Positions 38,590-51,045 of a stretch of DNA of 64,000 nucleotides are shown one piece after another. How positions within the stretch are numbered: position 1 is the stretch's first letter; every line of letters begins with the position of its first letter. Made by a program: the position numbers and the translations under genes. Location of the stretch: positions 49,352,001 through 49,416,000 of the forward strand of contig NC_083225.1 in the NCBI RefSeq assembly GCF_032191835.1. The letters run 5' to 3'. The DNA is from Heteronotia binoei (lineage: Eukaryota). Under the pieces are notes generated by a model, which had not been told where the DNA came from, did not search any database, and saw only the letters and a list, made by a program, of their open reading frames with translations.

Positions 38590-38755
38590 CTGCCACAACC
38601 TTCTCCTTCCTTGGAGGATTTTAATGAAGGCTAGATGGCCATCTGACAGCAATGAAGATCCTGTGAATTTAGGGTGAAGTGTTTGTGAGTTTCCTGCATT
38701 GTGCAGGGGGTTGGACTAGATGACCCTAGAGGTCCCTTCCAACTCTATGATTCTG
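38590..38755 (+). mobile_element. CR1 3' end
   Basis: gggttggactagatgaccctagaggtcccttccaactctatgattct. Confidence 0.8.
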
Positions 38756-39249
38756 GAATCTTATACAACCTCTTCTCAAATTTCTGGGATTTCCATGAGC
38801 ATTGCTTTAATATTTTAAAGTATGTCATTTATGCTTTTGAAAAAAGAAACCTGGGATACAAAGGAATCCTTTGAGTAATACCACATTCTGCATTGTTTCT
38901 TTTACTTGCTAATGAACTGTGGAATAGAACCATCACTGATTATGATAAGATCCATAGATTGATGTCTAGTCTGATCCAGCAGGGTGGCTCTTACACTCTC
39001 ATGTTCTTATGCATTCCTTCAGGATAAGAAGTTTTTGGGCTGTGGTCATAGTAGAAAGGTGGTATCTTTTATACTAATTAAACTTCTAATGTTTTATAGA
39101 AATAATTTCCACAGAATTTTCCAACTCAGTACTCACCTTCTTGATCCTCCAATATGTCATTGTCTACTATTGTGCTACATTAAATTAACTGGAATACTAT
39201 TCCAGGGGTTTAATTCAAATGGACCATTAACATTTTTTTTTAAAGTCAG

Positions 39250-39540
39250 GTAATCAGTGAGGTAGCCAGGTTTGCAGATGTCATAAACTTATTCAGGATG
39301 GTGAATATAGTCTAAGCAGACTATACAAACTGCCAAGAGGATCTTTAGACATGGTGAATGGGCAACAAAATGGCAAAGCAAACTCAATTAATCACAATGA
39401 AACATAATGAAATTCAATTCAGTGTGTTGCAGCACTGATTAAAAAAGCAAATGCCAGGATCAGAATTACCAGCAAAGGGATTAAATAAGTTGCAATGCTT
39501 TTAATGTCTTTACATAAATGTATGTCGTTGCCCTAATGTG
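39250..39540 (+). mobile_element. Degraded CR1 RT fragment
   Basis: SEVARFADV... and EWATKWQ motifs. Confidence 0.65.
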
Positions 39541-40060
39541 AATCAACCACCCACCACTACAGCAGGAGTGGAAATGCACTCTGACATGCAAGAGGGCCAT
39601 GGTTTTTGCTGATTCTTCTTTCTTATTGCAGCCCACAGTTCCATATTCCACTGTTTCTGAAGGGTCACTTAACCCATTTTATTGAGAGGTACAGAGAGCT
39701 ACAGTAAGAAAGTAGAAGCAGCCAAAATCTGTGCTATTGACATCTTCTATTTTTACAATTCTCTGGATCTAAGCCACTGTGTATAATTCCCTGTACAATT
39801 TCCACCATCTCCAAAAGAAGATCACAAATCTTCTTTTGGAATAACCAAAATGATCAAGGCACAATAATGTTTACAGCATTTTTATTTTGAGAAAATTTAA
39901 CTGAAGTTGTACATAATATGACAAGAGATTTATTGAATGAGGCATGGGACAAAAAAGCAGAGCACTATCCCAACCATTTAATAATCCTATAACATCAAGG
40001 CATCCTCTGAAAGTAACTGGTAATATATTCAGGACAGACAAAAAGAAGGTACTTCTTCAT

Positions 40061-40359
40061 AAAAAGGTAAAGGTAGTCCCCTGTGCAAGCACCAGTTGTT
40101 TTTGACTCTGGGGTGATGTTGCTTTCACAATGTTTTCATGGCAGACTTTTTTACGGGGTGGTTTGCCATTGCCTTCCCCAGTCATCTACACTTTCCCCCC
40201 AAGCAAGCTCGGTACTCATTTTACCGATCTCGGAAAAATGGAAGGCTGAGTCAACCTGGAACTGGCTACCTGAACCAGCTTCCACTGGGATCGAACTCAG
40301 GTCGTGAGCAGAGGGCTCCGACTGCAGTACTGCAGTTTTACCACTCTGCGCCACAGGGC
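40061..40359 (-). mobile_element. Sauria SINE
   Basis: Minus-strand tRNA-like head gccctgtggcgcagagtggtaaaactgcagtactgcag... with a gttcgatccc B-box; tail ...tttacctttt. Confidence 0.85.
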
Positions 40360-40404
40360 AGTACATTACAATACGTAATTACAGAACTCACTGCCACAAG
40401 ATAA

Positions 40405-40600
40405 GAAAAGATGCTGGAGACCTGGAAAAAGCACAAAAATGGGCAACCCAGATGATTAAGGGTTTGCAGAACCATTCCTATGAGGAAAGGCTAAAGAGTC
40501 TGGCATTCTTCAATTTAGAATAAAAAGAGGATGGGGGAACACAAAAGACGTTTATACAATTAAGCATGGGGTGGAGAATATGGATAAAAAGATTCCCCCC
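40405..40600 (+). mobile_element. Degraded CR1 ORF2 fragment
   Basis: LEKAQKWATQMIKGLQNHSYEERLKSL. Confidence 0.7.
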
Positions 40601-42980
40601 ACCTCATTTGCCCATAGGTACTCACAACATTTGCCCATGGGTACTCACAACTCAGGTACTCACAACAACTGGGCATCACCTGCTTTTATAGTATTGTCCT
40701 ATACCTTCTAATCCACTTCCTTTATTGTTTATAGGAGACCTTGCTTTAAACAGCTTGTTGTTCACATTATTCTCTAATCCCAGTCCAATTGCATTGTTTA
40801 TTGATTATCCCAGTCCAATTGCATTGTTTATTGATTATTTTACAATGTTTTGTTGCACTGATTTATAATCTGTAATCTGCCTTCTCAGAGAAGGGTGAAA
40901 CAAAAATAAATACTGAAACTATGGTATTCATTTCCAGTGGATACACTGATGGCTACTGGAATAGTTAGCTTTAGAATAGGATTGAGCAAAAAACCCATCT
41001 CCTTTCATGCTCTCCACTCCATCAAAAGCCCTGCTCTCTCTTCCACCAGCTTCAGAAATGAGACAGAGATGGGGCTTTTTCAGTGGTGGCACCTTGCCTG
41101 TGGAATGTAGCCCCCCCCCCCCCGAGGCTCAGCTGGTGCCTACACTACTCCCTTTTAAAACATTTCTTTAAACCCCGTCTTTTAATTAAGGAACTGATCT
41201 TTTTTTGTTTGTCCTCCAGGGGAACTGGTTGCCCACCATGTGAAACAGTATGCTAGACTAGATAGATCAGTGGGGCGATCTAGCAGGGCTCTTCTTGTGG
41301 TGGCCATCTACTGGTTTGGAGGACATTAGAAAAAAGAATGAATTAAATCCAGTTTTATCAACAGTTATTAGTTGTGACAGGTAAATGGAGCCTCCATGTT
41401 CAGAGGAAATATACCACTGAATATCAGCTGCTGCTGAGGGGTAACAGTAGTGGAGGGCTGTTACTAGGCCCTGCTTGAGAGCATCTAGTTAGCAGCTGGC
41501 TCGCTGCTGTTAAAAACTGGTTGCTGAACACATGGCCTTTGATGTGTTCCACGTATCCAATAAAATGCCAGTTTCTGCAATACCAGTTATTGCAACGCAA
41601 TAAATTGATTTCCATACAATGCAGCAAAACCTGAAAACTGCTATTTTAAAAACACTATCCTATTGTTTTGCAGGAACATTTTTAAGCCTTTAGCTTATTG
41701 TACACAAAGTGGATGAGAATTAGTCATTGTCTGCCAGCTTCAATGGCATTAAGGTGCGCAATTCCATTTTATAACTATTGTCAGAAACAACACTGAAGAT
41801 CAATCATTTCAAGAAAGATTTAATTAAAAATAATAAAATGCCAACTCCTTTCTTGGAAAAAATTACACAAAGTCAAACGTCTCAGATGTAAACTTTACTA
41901 ACACAAAAAAGGGCATGCAGCAAGAGTCATTCATGGCATTTTACAGAGGCAGCATCTTCAAAACGAATAACAGAAAGATTTCAACAATGGCAGAACAGCA
42001 TCATAGCACATACTGTTCAGCTGTCACTATCATCATTAGTTGCCATCTGGTAATAACAGAGTACCATTTAAAATGGGAGGAAAGAAATAGAACAAATTGC
42101 TAAAGATCCAACCAGCATTCTGATTATGCCAATGGAAAATTTCTATTTTTGTAATACGGGTAATCATCTCGGCTCATTTTTGCCTGGTTCTTACTCTGGT
42201 TTGTTTTTACAACAGATCTCTTATGAGTTATGGGGCTCATGTTAAATTTCATTCTCACTTGATTGTTAAAGGCTGCTCTGGACTGAGAGTAAGAACCTAG
42301 AAACACAGTATAAAGGGGGGGAAATCAGTATTACAATAGCTTGCAGTAACACAGGCAAGCTGACTACTATACAGTTAGGACGTTCAGCCATTCCCTCTGT
42401 AGATTCACAATTTTAAAAAAACCTACCAACCCTAAAATGAAGTAGACTTTAAACTCAAATTGGAGGAAGCACTAGTAATCACTGAAGAACCCACGACATG
42501 CAATATGTGGTTCTTCCTGTATTTGCTGGCACTGGCCAAGGAGATGTTTGATAGGAGCAGCTGGTTGCAAGCGTTTCAGCTTGATGGATTTTTGTGCTTG
42601 TTTTAAGACTGCTTTGGATTGCACAACTGTGCTGAGTACTGCTTCCTATTTGTTCCTTCTCAGCTTGTAAATACTTAAATAAACAAAGACCCCCTAAAGA
42701 CACCAGTGCTCTCTGCTCTGTTAGAGAATTTGTGGACAAGGGTGTAATCATTATATCCAACAGCAATGCAGATACTGAAAGCAGCCCAATTGGGACAGGC
42801 ACAAAAAGAATCTTCTGCATACCAGTGGGACCTCCAAGGATGCAGAATGTATTGGTTTTCTTATTCTTTCTCCAAAATTAAGGGAAACCAGGGGAAAAAA
42901 CTGGGTTAGACAGGTTGTCTGTCCTCTTTTCCTCAGCTTCAAAGTGAAATTTCTCAAAGGAACCAAATGTGAAATCCTAA

Positions 42981-43061
42981 TAGTGCAATCCTAAACAGAG
43001 TCACACCCTTCTAAGGCTTCAGTGGGTTTAGAAGGGTGTAACTCTGCTTAGGACTGCACTG
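42981..43061. repeat. Palindromic MITE, about 34-bp arms (partial copies near 8722-8797 and 38478-38535)
   Basis: agtgcaatcctaaacagagtcacacccttctaa ... ttagaagggtgtaactctgcttaggactgcact. Confidence 0.8.
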
Positions 43062-43177
43062 ATAGTCATTGTGCTGTTTTCAGCAACAGCATTGTGTATT
43101 TTAATATACTAAATCTGTGCAATGCAACCCCATATGGGAACTGCCGTTTAGGGACGGGTTGAGGGCAGTAACAGACT

Positions 43178-43283
43178 GGGTGCATTCACACTACACTAAA
43201 TAATGCATTTTGCAACTGGATTTTTGCTATTCTTACACATTAAAAATCCAGTTGTAAAACATAAGGGTAGTGTGAATGCATCC
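43178..43283. repeat. Palindromic MITE-like hairpin
   Basis: gggtgcattcacactac ... gtagtgtgaatgcatcc, with inner arms ttttgcaactggattttt / aaaaatccagttgtaaaa. Confidence 0.75.
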
Positions 43284-43750
43284 AGAGTTTGTTTCTCATC
43301 AGTCCTCCAACTCCAGCACCAGAGGACAGTCGCCCTACAGGAAAATCAATTAAGCAACATGGCTTTTTATGCCGACTTCCTCCCCCCTCCTCTGCTTCAG
43401 TCTTCTGAGAGAGGGCATGGAGAAGGAGCAATGATTTCCCTTCCCCCTCTGTTGGAAATTTAGAGGCATGGTTTGGGAACGGAGCAAAACAAACATCTCT
43501 TCCACTCAACCCCGTAGCTACCAAGGGTCCTACCTAGCAGTTTTTATAGGCCCCCTCTGCAGCCTCAGTTCCCCCAGCCCCCTCTGGACTGCTCATTTGT
43601 ATCACCCGTTGGTGCTAAGCGGACTGAACGCTGGATTAAATCGGTCTGGGACAGGCTACAGGGAGGATGACAAATCAGGAAGAAGGAAGAGCAAAGCCTG
43701 AGTCCCTCACAGACTGCCTCTCACCTTCAAATGGGCAGTTTGCTGCCGAC

Positions 43751-43940
43751 GGGGGAAGCCCCGCCCCCACAGCCACCCATCATGCAACTCTAGATCTCCA
43801 GGAGGTTTAGAAACCTGCAAACAGGTCGGTTTCAAAATGTGTGTGGGGGGGAAGCCCCGCCCCCACAGCCACCCATTATGCAACTCTAGATCTCCAGGAG
43901 GTTTAGAAACCTGCAAACAGGTCCGTTTCAAAATGTGTGT
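43751..43940 (+). repeat. 96-bp tandem duplication
   Basis: gaagccccgcccccacagccaccc at 43755 and 43851; few mismatches. Confidence 0.9.
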
Positions 43941-45247
43941 GCGCCTTTAAAGTCGAGCAGGAAGTACTTCAGGGGAAAGGTCAGCAATACAGTCCCTCCG
44001 CTTGTTTTGCTTTTGTTTCAGAGGAACTAAGTGAGTGTGTGTGAGTGGGTGAGTGAGAGAGAGAGAGAGAGGGAGAGAGAGAGAGAGCGAGCAGCGTAGC
44101 CCCTGTTCTTTTCAGATGTTGTTGTGGAGGAACCAACCGTGTGTGTGAGAGAGAGTGTGGGTTGCCAATCCCCAGGTTTGGAGGCCTCCGCCCCAACACC
44201 TTTGGGTCATCAGAAAGCGGCGGGCGGGGGGGGGGAGGGAAATGTCTACTGGGCAATTATTCCCTATGATGAATGATTCCCATAGGGAATGATGGGGAAT
44301 TGATCCATGGTTATCGGAGGCTCTAGAGGGGCTGTTTTTTGAGGTAGAGGCACCAAATTTTCAGTATAGTATCTAGTGCCTCTCTCCAAAATACCCCACA
44401 AGTTTCAAAACTATTGGGCCAGGGGGTCCAATTCTATGAGCCCCAAAAGAAGGTGCCCCTATCCTTCATTATTTCCTATGGAAGAAAGCAATTTAAAAAG
44501 GTGTGCTTTCCCCTTTAAATGTGATGGCCAGAACTTCCTTGGAGTTCAATTATGCTTGTCACATCCTTGCTCCTGGCTCCACCCCAATGTCTTCTGGCTC
44601 CACCCCCAAAGTCTCCTGGTTCCACCCCCAAAGTCCCCCGATATTTCTTGAATTGGACTTGGCAACCCTAAGCCCACCCTCACCTATCTGAAAGAAACAA
44701 ACTTAGTGCAGAGAGAAGCACGCAGCTACAGAATTTGGGATCAGGCAAAGGAAACCAAACAAATCCTATTTTCTCTGGAAAGCAAAGGACATTAAGAGGT
44801 TACTTGCTTGTTGTGCTTGAAACTTTATTTCCCTCCCGGCTCTGCTCTCCATTTCTCAATGATCATTCTTAAAGGAAACAAGAATCAGAAAGCTGGGCAT
44901 TTTCCTGAGAAGGGGGGGGGGGAGTTTGAGCAGTAAGTGGGCTATGCTGGCTGGGAGGGGAAGATTCAGGGTAGAGTTCCCTTATAACAACCTCTCATGA
45001 TGAGGAAGGCTGAGTGGGTGACCTCCCATTTTCCTTCTGGATCTATCCTCATTTGTTGGTGTAAAGTGCTGTCATTTGGGCAGTTTTAAAAGTAGATGGG
45101 CTCTACACAACATTGACGTAGAGGCCCGCCAGATACAAACATTCTACTAGCAGTGGCGAGAGCATTGCAGCCTGGTTGAGCTTCTCTTATTCGCCAGTCA
45201 GTAGAGTCTGTTCCACATTTTCAGTGTTCCTATTCTTCTGTGTGTAG

Positions 45248-46110
45248 CTGCGACGGAAAGCAATGGGTTAACCATAATCTGAAGACGCACAGGGTCTGAG
45301 GGTGGGGGCAAAGTGCTGGGAGCTCTCAAGGAGGGAAAGTGGTTGAAGGAGAGAAACTGCTGAGGCAGGAGTTCAGTCAGTTGATGTCTGACAGAGTGGA
45401 GGCCTGTCAGAGAAGTCTGTCAGTGGGGACCTGACAGAGACTGAGAGGATCAGTTAGTGCCGGCCAGAAGGGCTGAGAGGGCAGCTGATCCTGTGAAGAA
45501 GCTGGAGACGGAGACGGGGAAGTCTTCCAGAGACTGCCAGCTGGACAAAACCAGCCAAGAGGGCTGTGTGTGTGTGAGTCAGTTAAGACCGGAACGGTCA
45601 CAAACACCTAGGAACCACTCTGAAGATCTAGTGAGGAGGTTGAGGGAGTGGATGTGGGTCTGAGACACCAAGAAGGGCTGAGAGGAGAGACTTCAGTCGA
45701 GGGGTGAGACTAGACACATCAATCCCAAGAGGCCAGACCTTGGCTAGAGGTGGAGAGTGAGTTGAAGGGAAACTGTGAACCGTGTAACTGTGAAAGACTC
45801 AAAGTAAAAGTGATTGTAAAGCCTGAAACAACAGAACAAACGTACTAGCCTATGTAAATATCTCCCATATCCCCAGTTTAAGACTTTTTGTTACAATAAA
45901 TCTGTGGTTTAAGTTAAAGTTCTCGTGAGCCTATATTTTGTGGGAAGAGCAAACAAAGCTGCTGTGGTCCCATCAAAGAAACAAGTAAAAATACCCCGAA
46001 GAGACTAAAATATAGAGATCCAGTGAGGCCGTGAGGCGGTAAACCTCCTCTGGACTCCAGGTAAGAAAGTAAGAGCGGGGTGGGGGTGGGGTTGGTCTTG
46101 TGGAACTTGT
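45248..46110. mobile_element. Possible solo LTR
   Basis: Purine-rich body, AATAAA at about 45895, flanked by a 7-bp direct repeat tgtgtag (45241, 46111). Canonical TG..CA ends not confirmed. Confidence 0.35.
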
Positions 46111-46349
46111 TGTGTAGGGCACTATAGTTGCCTGGGCTTGTGGTGGGGCCTTCTGCAGTCTGGCCTGGTTCTTGTTTGCTTCTGGCATCATATTGGCACA
46201 TTTTCTGATGTTATGCTTTTTTTCTTTCTTTTATTGTTGGGGCGGGTGACTGAGGTAGCCTGGTGGTCTGCTACTGGCTGCTGCCTACCCCAGACTAGAC
46301 CTTTCCCAGTCCTACTCCTGGCTTAGTTCCTGTTTCAGGCCTGGCCTGG

Positions 46350-46574
46350 TTCCTGTTTCAGCTCTCGGCCATCTGCAGCACGACTTGGAAGCAGAAAGAA
46401 CATTAAGGCTCTGTGTTTCTGGGAGGGATGGGATGATTTTTTTTTTTTTTACTGATTCCCACCTCCCCTCTTTGTGTTTCACTGTGGCCTGGTCTGGGCC
46501 TTGTGGGACCTATGTGGCATGGTTCCTGCTTCAGCTCTGGGCCATCTGCAGCAGGATTTGGAAGCAGAAAGGAC
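46350..46574 (+). repeat. 173-bp tandem repeat whose second unit is split by the L2 and resumes at 51252-51310
   Basis: ttcctg(t/c)ttcagctc at 46350 and 46523; attaaggc...ctgtgtttctgggagggatgg at about 46402 and 51252. Confidence 0.85.
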
Positions 46575-46580
46575 TGCACT

Positions 46581-46592
46581 CAAGATGGCGGC
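46581..46592 (+). promoter_or_regulatory. YY1 consensus site at the L2 5' end
   Basis: CAAGATGGCGGC, 6 nt inside the inferred element start. Confidence 0.55.
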
Positions 46593-46911
46593 GGCAAGGA
46601 GGAGCGGGACGCTGAAGCTCCTCGCATAACAACAAGCTAGATGCGTATTTCACCCAAATAACCTTCTCAAAACATTGTGCCAGCTACGGAACGGCTGGGG
46701 AAGGCATAGGCGAAATTAGAACTGCCTCCTTTGGAAACAAAGAGAAAATACAGCTAAAGTGCTTACCAGCCGGGACGACACCGAGGACGGCGAGGGCCGT
46801 GGCAGGGAGGCGCTGGGCGCGGACGAAGGGCCGCGGCGGGAGAGTGCTGGGTGCGGCGGAGCCGAGTCGGAGTGTGGAGCGCGGAGAGTGGAATGCCGAG
46901 TCCTGAAAACA

Positions 46912-47107
46912 GGCGGCGGAGTGTGGTGCTGGAGGGGTGAGCCATCGACTGGGGAGCCGGGAGCTGGAGGGCGCCGGCGAGAGGTTGGAGGCTGCGGCGC
47001 CTGTCCGGCGGCGGCGGAGTGTGGTGCTGGAGGGGTGAGCCATCGACTGGGGAGCCGGGAGCTGGAGGGCGCCGGCGAGAGGTTGGAGGCTGCGGCGCCT
47101 GTCCGGC
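46912..47107 (+). repeat. 98-bp tandem duplication inside the L2 5' region, copies essentially identical
   Basis: gtgtggtgctggaggggtgagcc... starts at both 46921 and 47019. Confidence 0.95.
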
Positions 47108-47476
47108 GTCGGCGTCTGTGAGCCCAAGACGGGGCGAGGTGCCAGCGCGGCTTGGTCACCGGCAGGACGACGGCCCTGCCTCCCCCCCTCTCCACCCCCC
47201 CCCGGAGGCCTGTGGACTGGAGTGCTGGGAAGCGGAGGGAGAAGGAGAGGACGCCGTCGAGAGGCTAGAGGTAGCGGCGACAGCGAGAAGAACTGCGGGA
47301 CTGGGCGAGGTACCGAGGCAGCGGGTCTGCCGGCGGGACGACAGCCCTGGTTTTCTTCCCCCCCCCTTCCCTCCCTCCCTCCTTCCTTCCATCGTCAGGA
47401 CTGAAGGTCTCCGGGCCTATTGGGTGGCGTGCTGACCCTCATGTGAGATCAGCGCCCAAGACTCAGACCAAGTCAT

Positions 47477-47583
47477 CTGCACTTTATAAGACACTACCGC
47501 ACTTTCAATTAAGACCATTGTACTCCAAAGGCCCTGCACTTTACAAGACACTACTGCACTTTAAATTAAGATCATTGCACTCC
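47477..47583 (+). repeat. 57-bp tandem repeat with gcactt sub-repeats, upstream of L2 ORF2
   Basis: ctgcactt(t)a(t/c)aagacacta... at 47477 and 47534. Confidence 0.85.
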
Positions 47584-48081
47584 TTCGTCACCAGCACCTT
47601 AAAAACATCTGGATTAAAACAGCAGCACTTTAGCCAAAAGACTATTAAGATCATTTGCACTTTATTGCCCCCGGCACTTCAGCTGGTACAAACTGTCCCT
47701 TCCTACCTACTGGATCCTATCTCCCAAATTATTAAGATTGATGTAATTTATTGGTTATTTAAATTGTTAAGACTGGATTGATTATTGGTTATTTAAAATT
47801 GGTTATTGACTAGCTAATTTAATGGAATTATTTATGGCAAATTAATTGGAGAGAAGGAGAAAATAACTGTAGAGTTTAATTAAGAAGCCAATTGGAATTA
47901 TAAAGTATTATTGTTAGCTGGTGAATTGGATTGGTTGGGTGGGGGTAGATTAAATAACTATTAGATTAAGTAACTATTAGATATTAGTGGGTATTTATTG
48001 ATAGGCCAATCGGAGGTGGGACGGCTGAGAAGAGACAAATCTGAACATCTGTCAGTGGAGGGTTGGTGGCACCAGTGAGAG

Positions 48082-51045
48082 ATGCTTGGCCTGGGGATTC
48101 CGGTACTCCTGGGGAGGGGAAGGTATGACGGTGGGAACAGGCAGAAATGGAGGGGAAGGAGATCGAGACAAGATAGTGCTCGACCACCTTCCAGCCTGTG
48201 TCCCATCCCGATGGTGACAGGTAGCGGGGCAAGGCGAAATTACTCGCCTCCGTCACTGGTGTTATGTAATGCCAGGTCCATTAATAATAAGACCTCCATC
48301 CTCCGGGAATTCCTGCTTGAGCAGGATATGGACCTGGCATGCGTGACCGAGACCTGGGTTCGCGATGGAGAGACCGTAGCTCTCTCCCAGATGGCGCCCC
48401 CGGGATACTCGGTCTTTCACCAGTCGCGGACTAGCGGGCGGGGGGGAGGGGTGGCCCTGTTCATTCGAGAGGCTTACTCCTTCCGGGCCCTCCCGGCTCC
48501 GGAGATCAAGGGCATTGAGTGTGCCGGCCTGGCGTGGGATGTTGGGGAGGGGTTGGCGATCTGGCTGGTGTACCGACCGCCTAACGCCTTACTATCACTG
48601 ATGGAGGCCGCAGCAGGATGGGCATTGGAGCACCCGAGGCTTCTGATCCTGGGTGACTTCAATGTTCATGCCGATGACGTGACCTCCAATCAGGCGATGG
48701 ACCTAGTGTCTTCCATGGCGACACTAGGACTCTCCCAAATAGTTACGACACCCACTCACCAGGCCGGTCACATGTTAGACTTGATCTTCGCGTCAGGAGT
48801 CTTAGTGAACGATCTTGCTTCTATAGCAGTGCCATGGTCGGATCACTATGCCCTCAAGGCTCGTGTGGACGTCCCACCCCAACCCCGTTTGGGCGGCGAG
48901 CTTATTTTAGCTCGCCCGCGGAGCCTGATGGACCCGGAACGGTTCCTGACGGCCCTGCGGGATCCCTGGCCCCCTGGCGATTCCCTCGATGACCTGGTGG
49001 AGTCTTGGAATAATAGGCTCACCGGGGCCATCGATGAGATCGCGCCTAGGCGTCCTCTGCGCCCTCGTTCAAGGCCGACACCCTGGTATAACCAGGGGTT
49101 GCGGCAGTTGAAACGAGGACTCAGACGACTAGAGAGGCAATGGCGGCGTACCCGAGATGAAGCGACTTGAACATCTTATAGAGAGGTTATGAAGTCCTAT
49201 GAGGTGGCAGTCAAGGCCGCAAAGAAAACTTACTTTGCGGCAGAGATTGCGTCCGCAATTTCGCGCCCGGCACAACTGTTCAATACAATTCGGACTCTTA
49301 CAACGCTGCCACAGGGCAGACCAAATTTTAATGAATTGGAAATTGGCTGTGAGGCTTTTGCGAATTTTTTTGCGGATAAAATCGCATCGCTCCGTTCCGA
49401 CTTCCCTGCCACATTAGATACAGTTAGCGAACCTGAGGCTCCGTGCCTGTCTTCGGATTGTGTCCTGGACGGCTTCGGCGCGCTCAGCCTGGAAGAAGTT
49501 GACAGGATCCTCCTATCTGCACGCCCAACAACTTGTAAATTGGACCCATGCCCCTCCTGGCTTATTAAGACCTGCCAGAGGGAGCTAAGATATCCTATAC
49601 GGGATATCATAAATAGATCCCTATTGGAGGGACATTTTCCATCGGCGCTCAAAGAGGCGGTGGTCCGTCCCCTCCTGAAGAAAACAACGTTAGATCCGAC
49701 CGAATTGGCACACTACCGGCCGGTATCGAAGTTGCCCTTTTTGGGCAAACTTATACAGAGGGCAGCGGCGTTGCAGCTACAGAGCTTCCTGGAGGATGCT
49801 TCTGTCCTCGACCCCTACCAGTCTGGTTTTCGCCCGGGCCATGGGACGGAGGCGGTGCTGGTCGCCCTGGTGGATGACCTTCGGCGACATCTGGATCAAG
49901 GCGGCTCGGCGATGCTGATGTTGTTGGACCTATCGGCAGCGTTCGATATGGTCGACCATCGGCTCCTGGCGTGCCGCCTTGCCGACGCAGGGATTCAGGG
50001 GTTGGCCTTGCAATGGCTTTCCTCTTTCCTTGACGGTCGGGGACAAAGGGTGGCGATTGGGGAGGAACTGTCCCGGAGACACACGCTTGAGTGTGGGGTG
50101 CCTCAAGGGGCGGTGCTTTCCCCGATGTTATTTAACATCTATATGCGCCCCCTTGCCCAGATGGCCCGAGGGTATGGGCTGGGTTGCCATCAATATGCTG
50201 ATGACACCCAGCTCTATCTGCTTATGGACGGCCGGCCCGCCTGCGCCCCAGAAAATCTGGACCGGGCGTTACAGGCAGTGGCTAGGTGGCTTAGGCTGAG
50301 TGGGCTGAAGCTGAACCCGGCGAAGACAGAGGTCCTTTGCTTAGGTCGCTGCGGCCCGGGAAGGGAACTCCCCCTGCCAGTTTTTGATGGCGCTCCATTA
50401 ACAGCGTCGGGCAGGGTTAAGAGCCTGGGGGTGCTGTTGGAGCCTTCATTGACGATGGAGGCTCAGATAGCAGCCACTGCCAAGTCCGCTTTTTTTCATC
50501 TTAGGCGGGCGAGGCAGTTGGCTCCCTTCCTGGAACGTGACGACCTGGCAACAGTGATTCATGCTACGGTCACCTCGAGGCTGGACTACTGTAATGTCCT
50601 CTACATGGGGCTACCCCTGTGCCGAACCCGGAAGCTGCAGTTGGTGCAGAACGCTGCTGCCCGGCTGTTATTAGGGCTCCCAAGATGGGAGCACATTCGA
50701 CCGGGGCTCCAGGGTCTGCACTGGCTGCCAGTAATATTCCGAGTCCGGTACAAGGTGTTGGTTATGACCTTTAAAGCCCTATATGGCCTAGGACCTGCCT
50801 ACCTTAGGGACCGTCTCTTCCCACACGTTCCCCAGAGAGTACTACGTTCAGGTTCACAAAACCTGTTGGTAGTCCCCGGGCCAAAGGAGGCCCGCCTAAA
50901 ATCCACCAGGGATCGGGCCTACTCAATAACGGCACCTTATTGGTGGAACCAGCTGCCGGAAGAGGTGCGGGCCCTGCGGGATCTAAGGCAATTCCGCAGG
51001 GCCTGTAAGACAGTCCTCTTCCGGCAGGCCTATGATATTAACTGA
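48082..51045 (+). pseudogene. L2 ORF2 (APE endonuclease plus RT) with a single in-frame TGA at 49168-49170
   Basis: Track ORFs 48082-49170 and 49189-51045 share one frame. NARS, VTETW, YRPP, GDFN and SDH (EN); YQSGFRPGHGTE, LLDLSAAFD, GVPQGAVLSP and YADD (RT). Confidence 0.92.

Noticed and set aside
46402-46460. About 60-bp target-site duplication flanking the L2 (second copy at 51252)
   Set aside because: The left copy is about 115 bp from the L2 start and belongs to a 173-bp tandem unit that predates the insertion.
18277-51045. Prokaryotic RT systems (retron, DGR, group II intron, CRISPR-RT)
   Set aside because: All RTs have APE endonuclease or non-LTR features, tails and LINE-type ends inside a spliced vertebrate gene. 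No repeat-spacer array exists.
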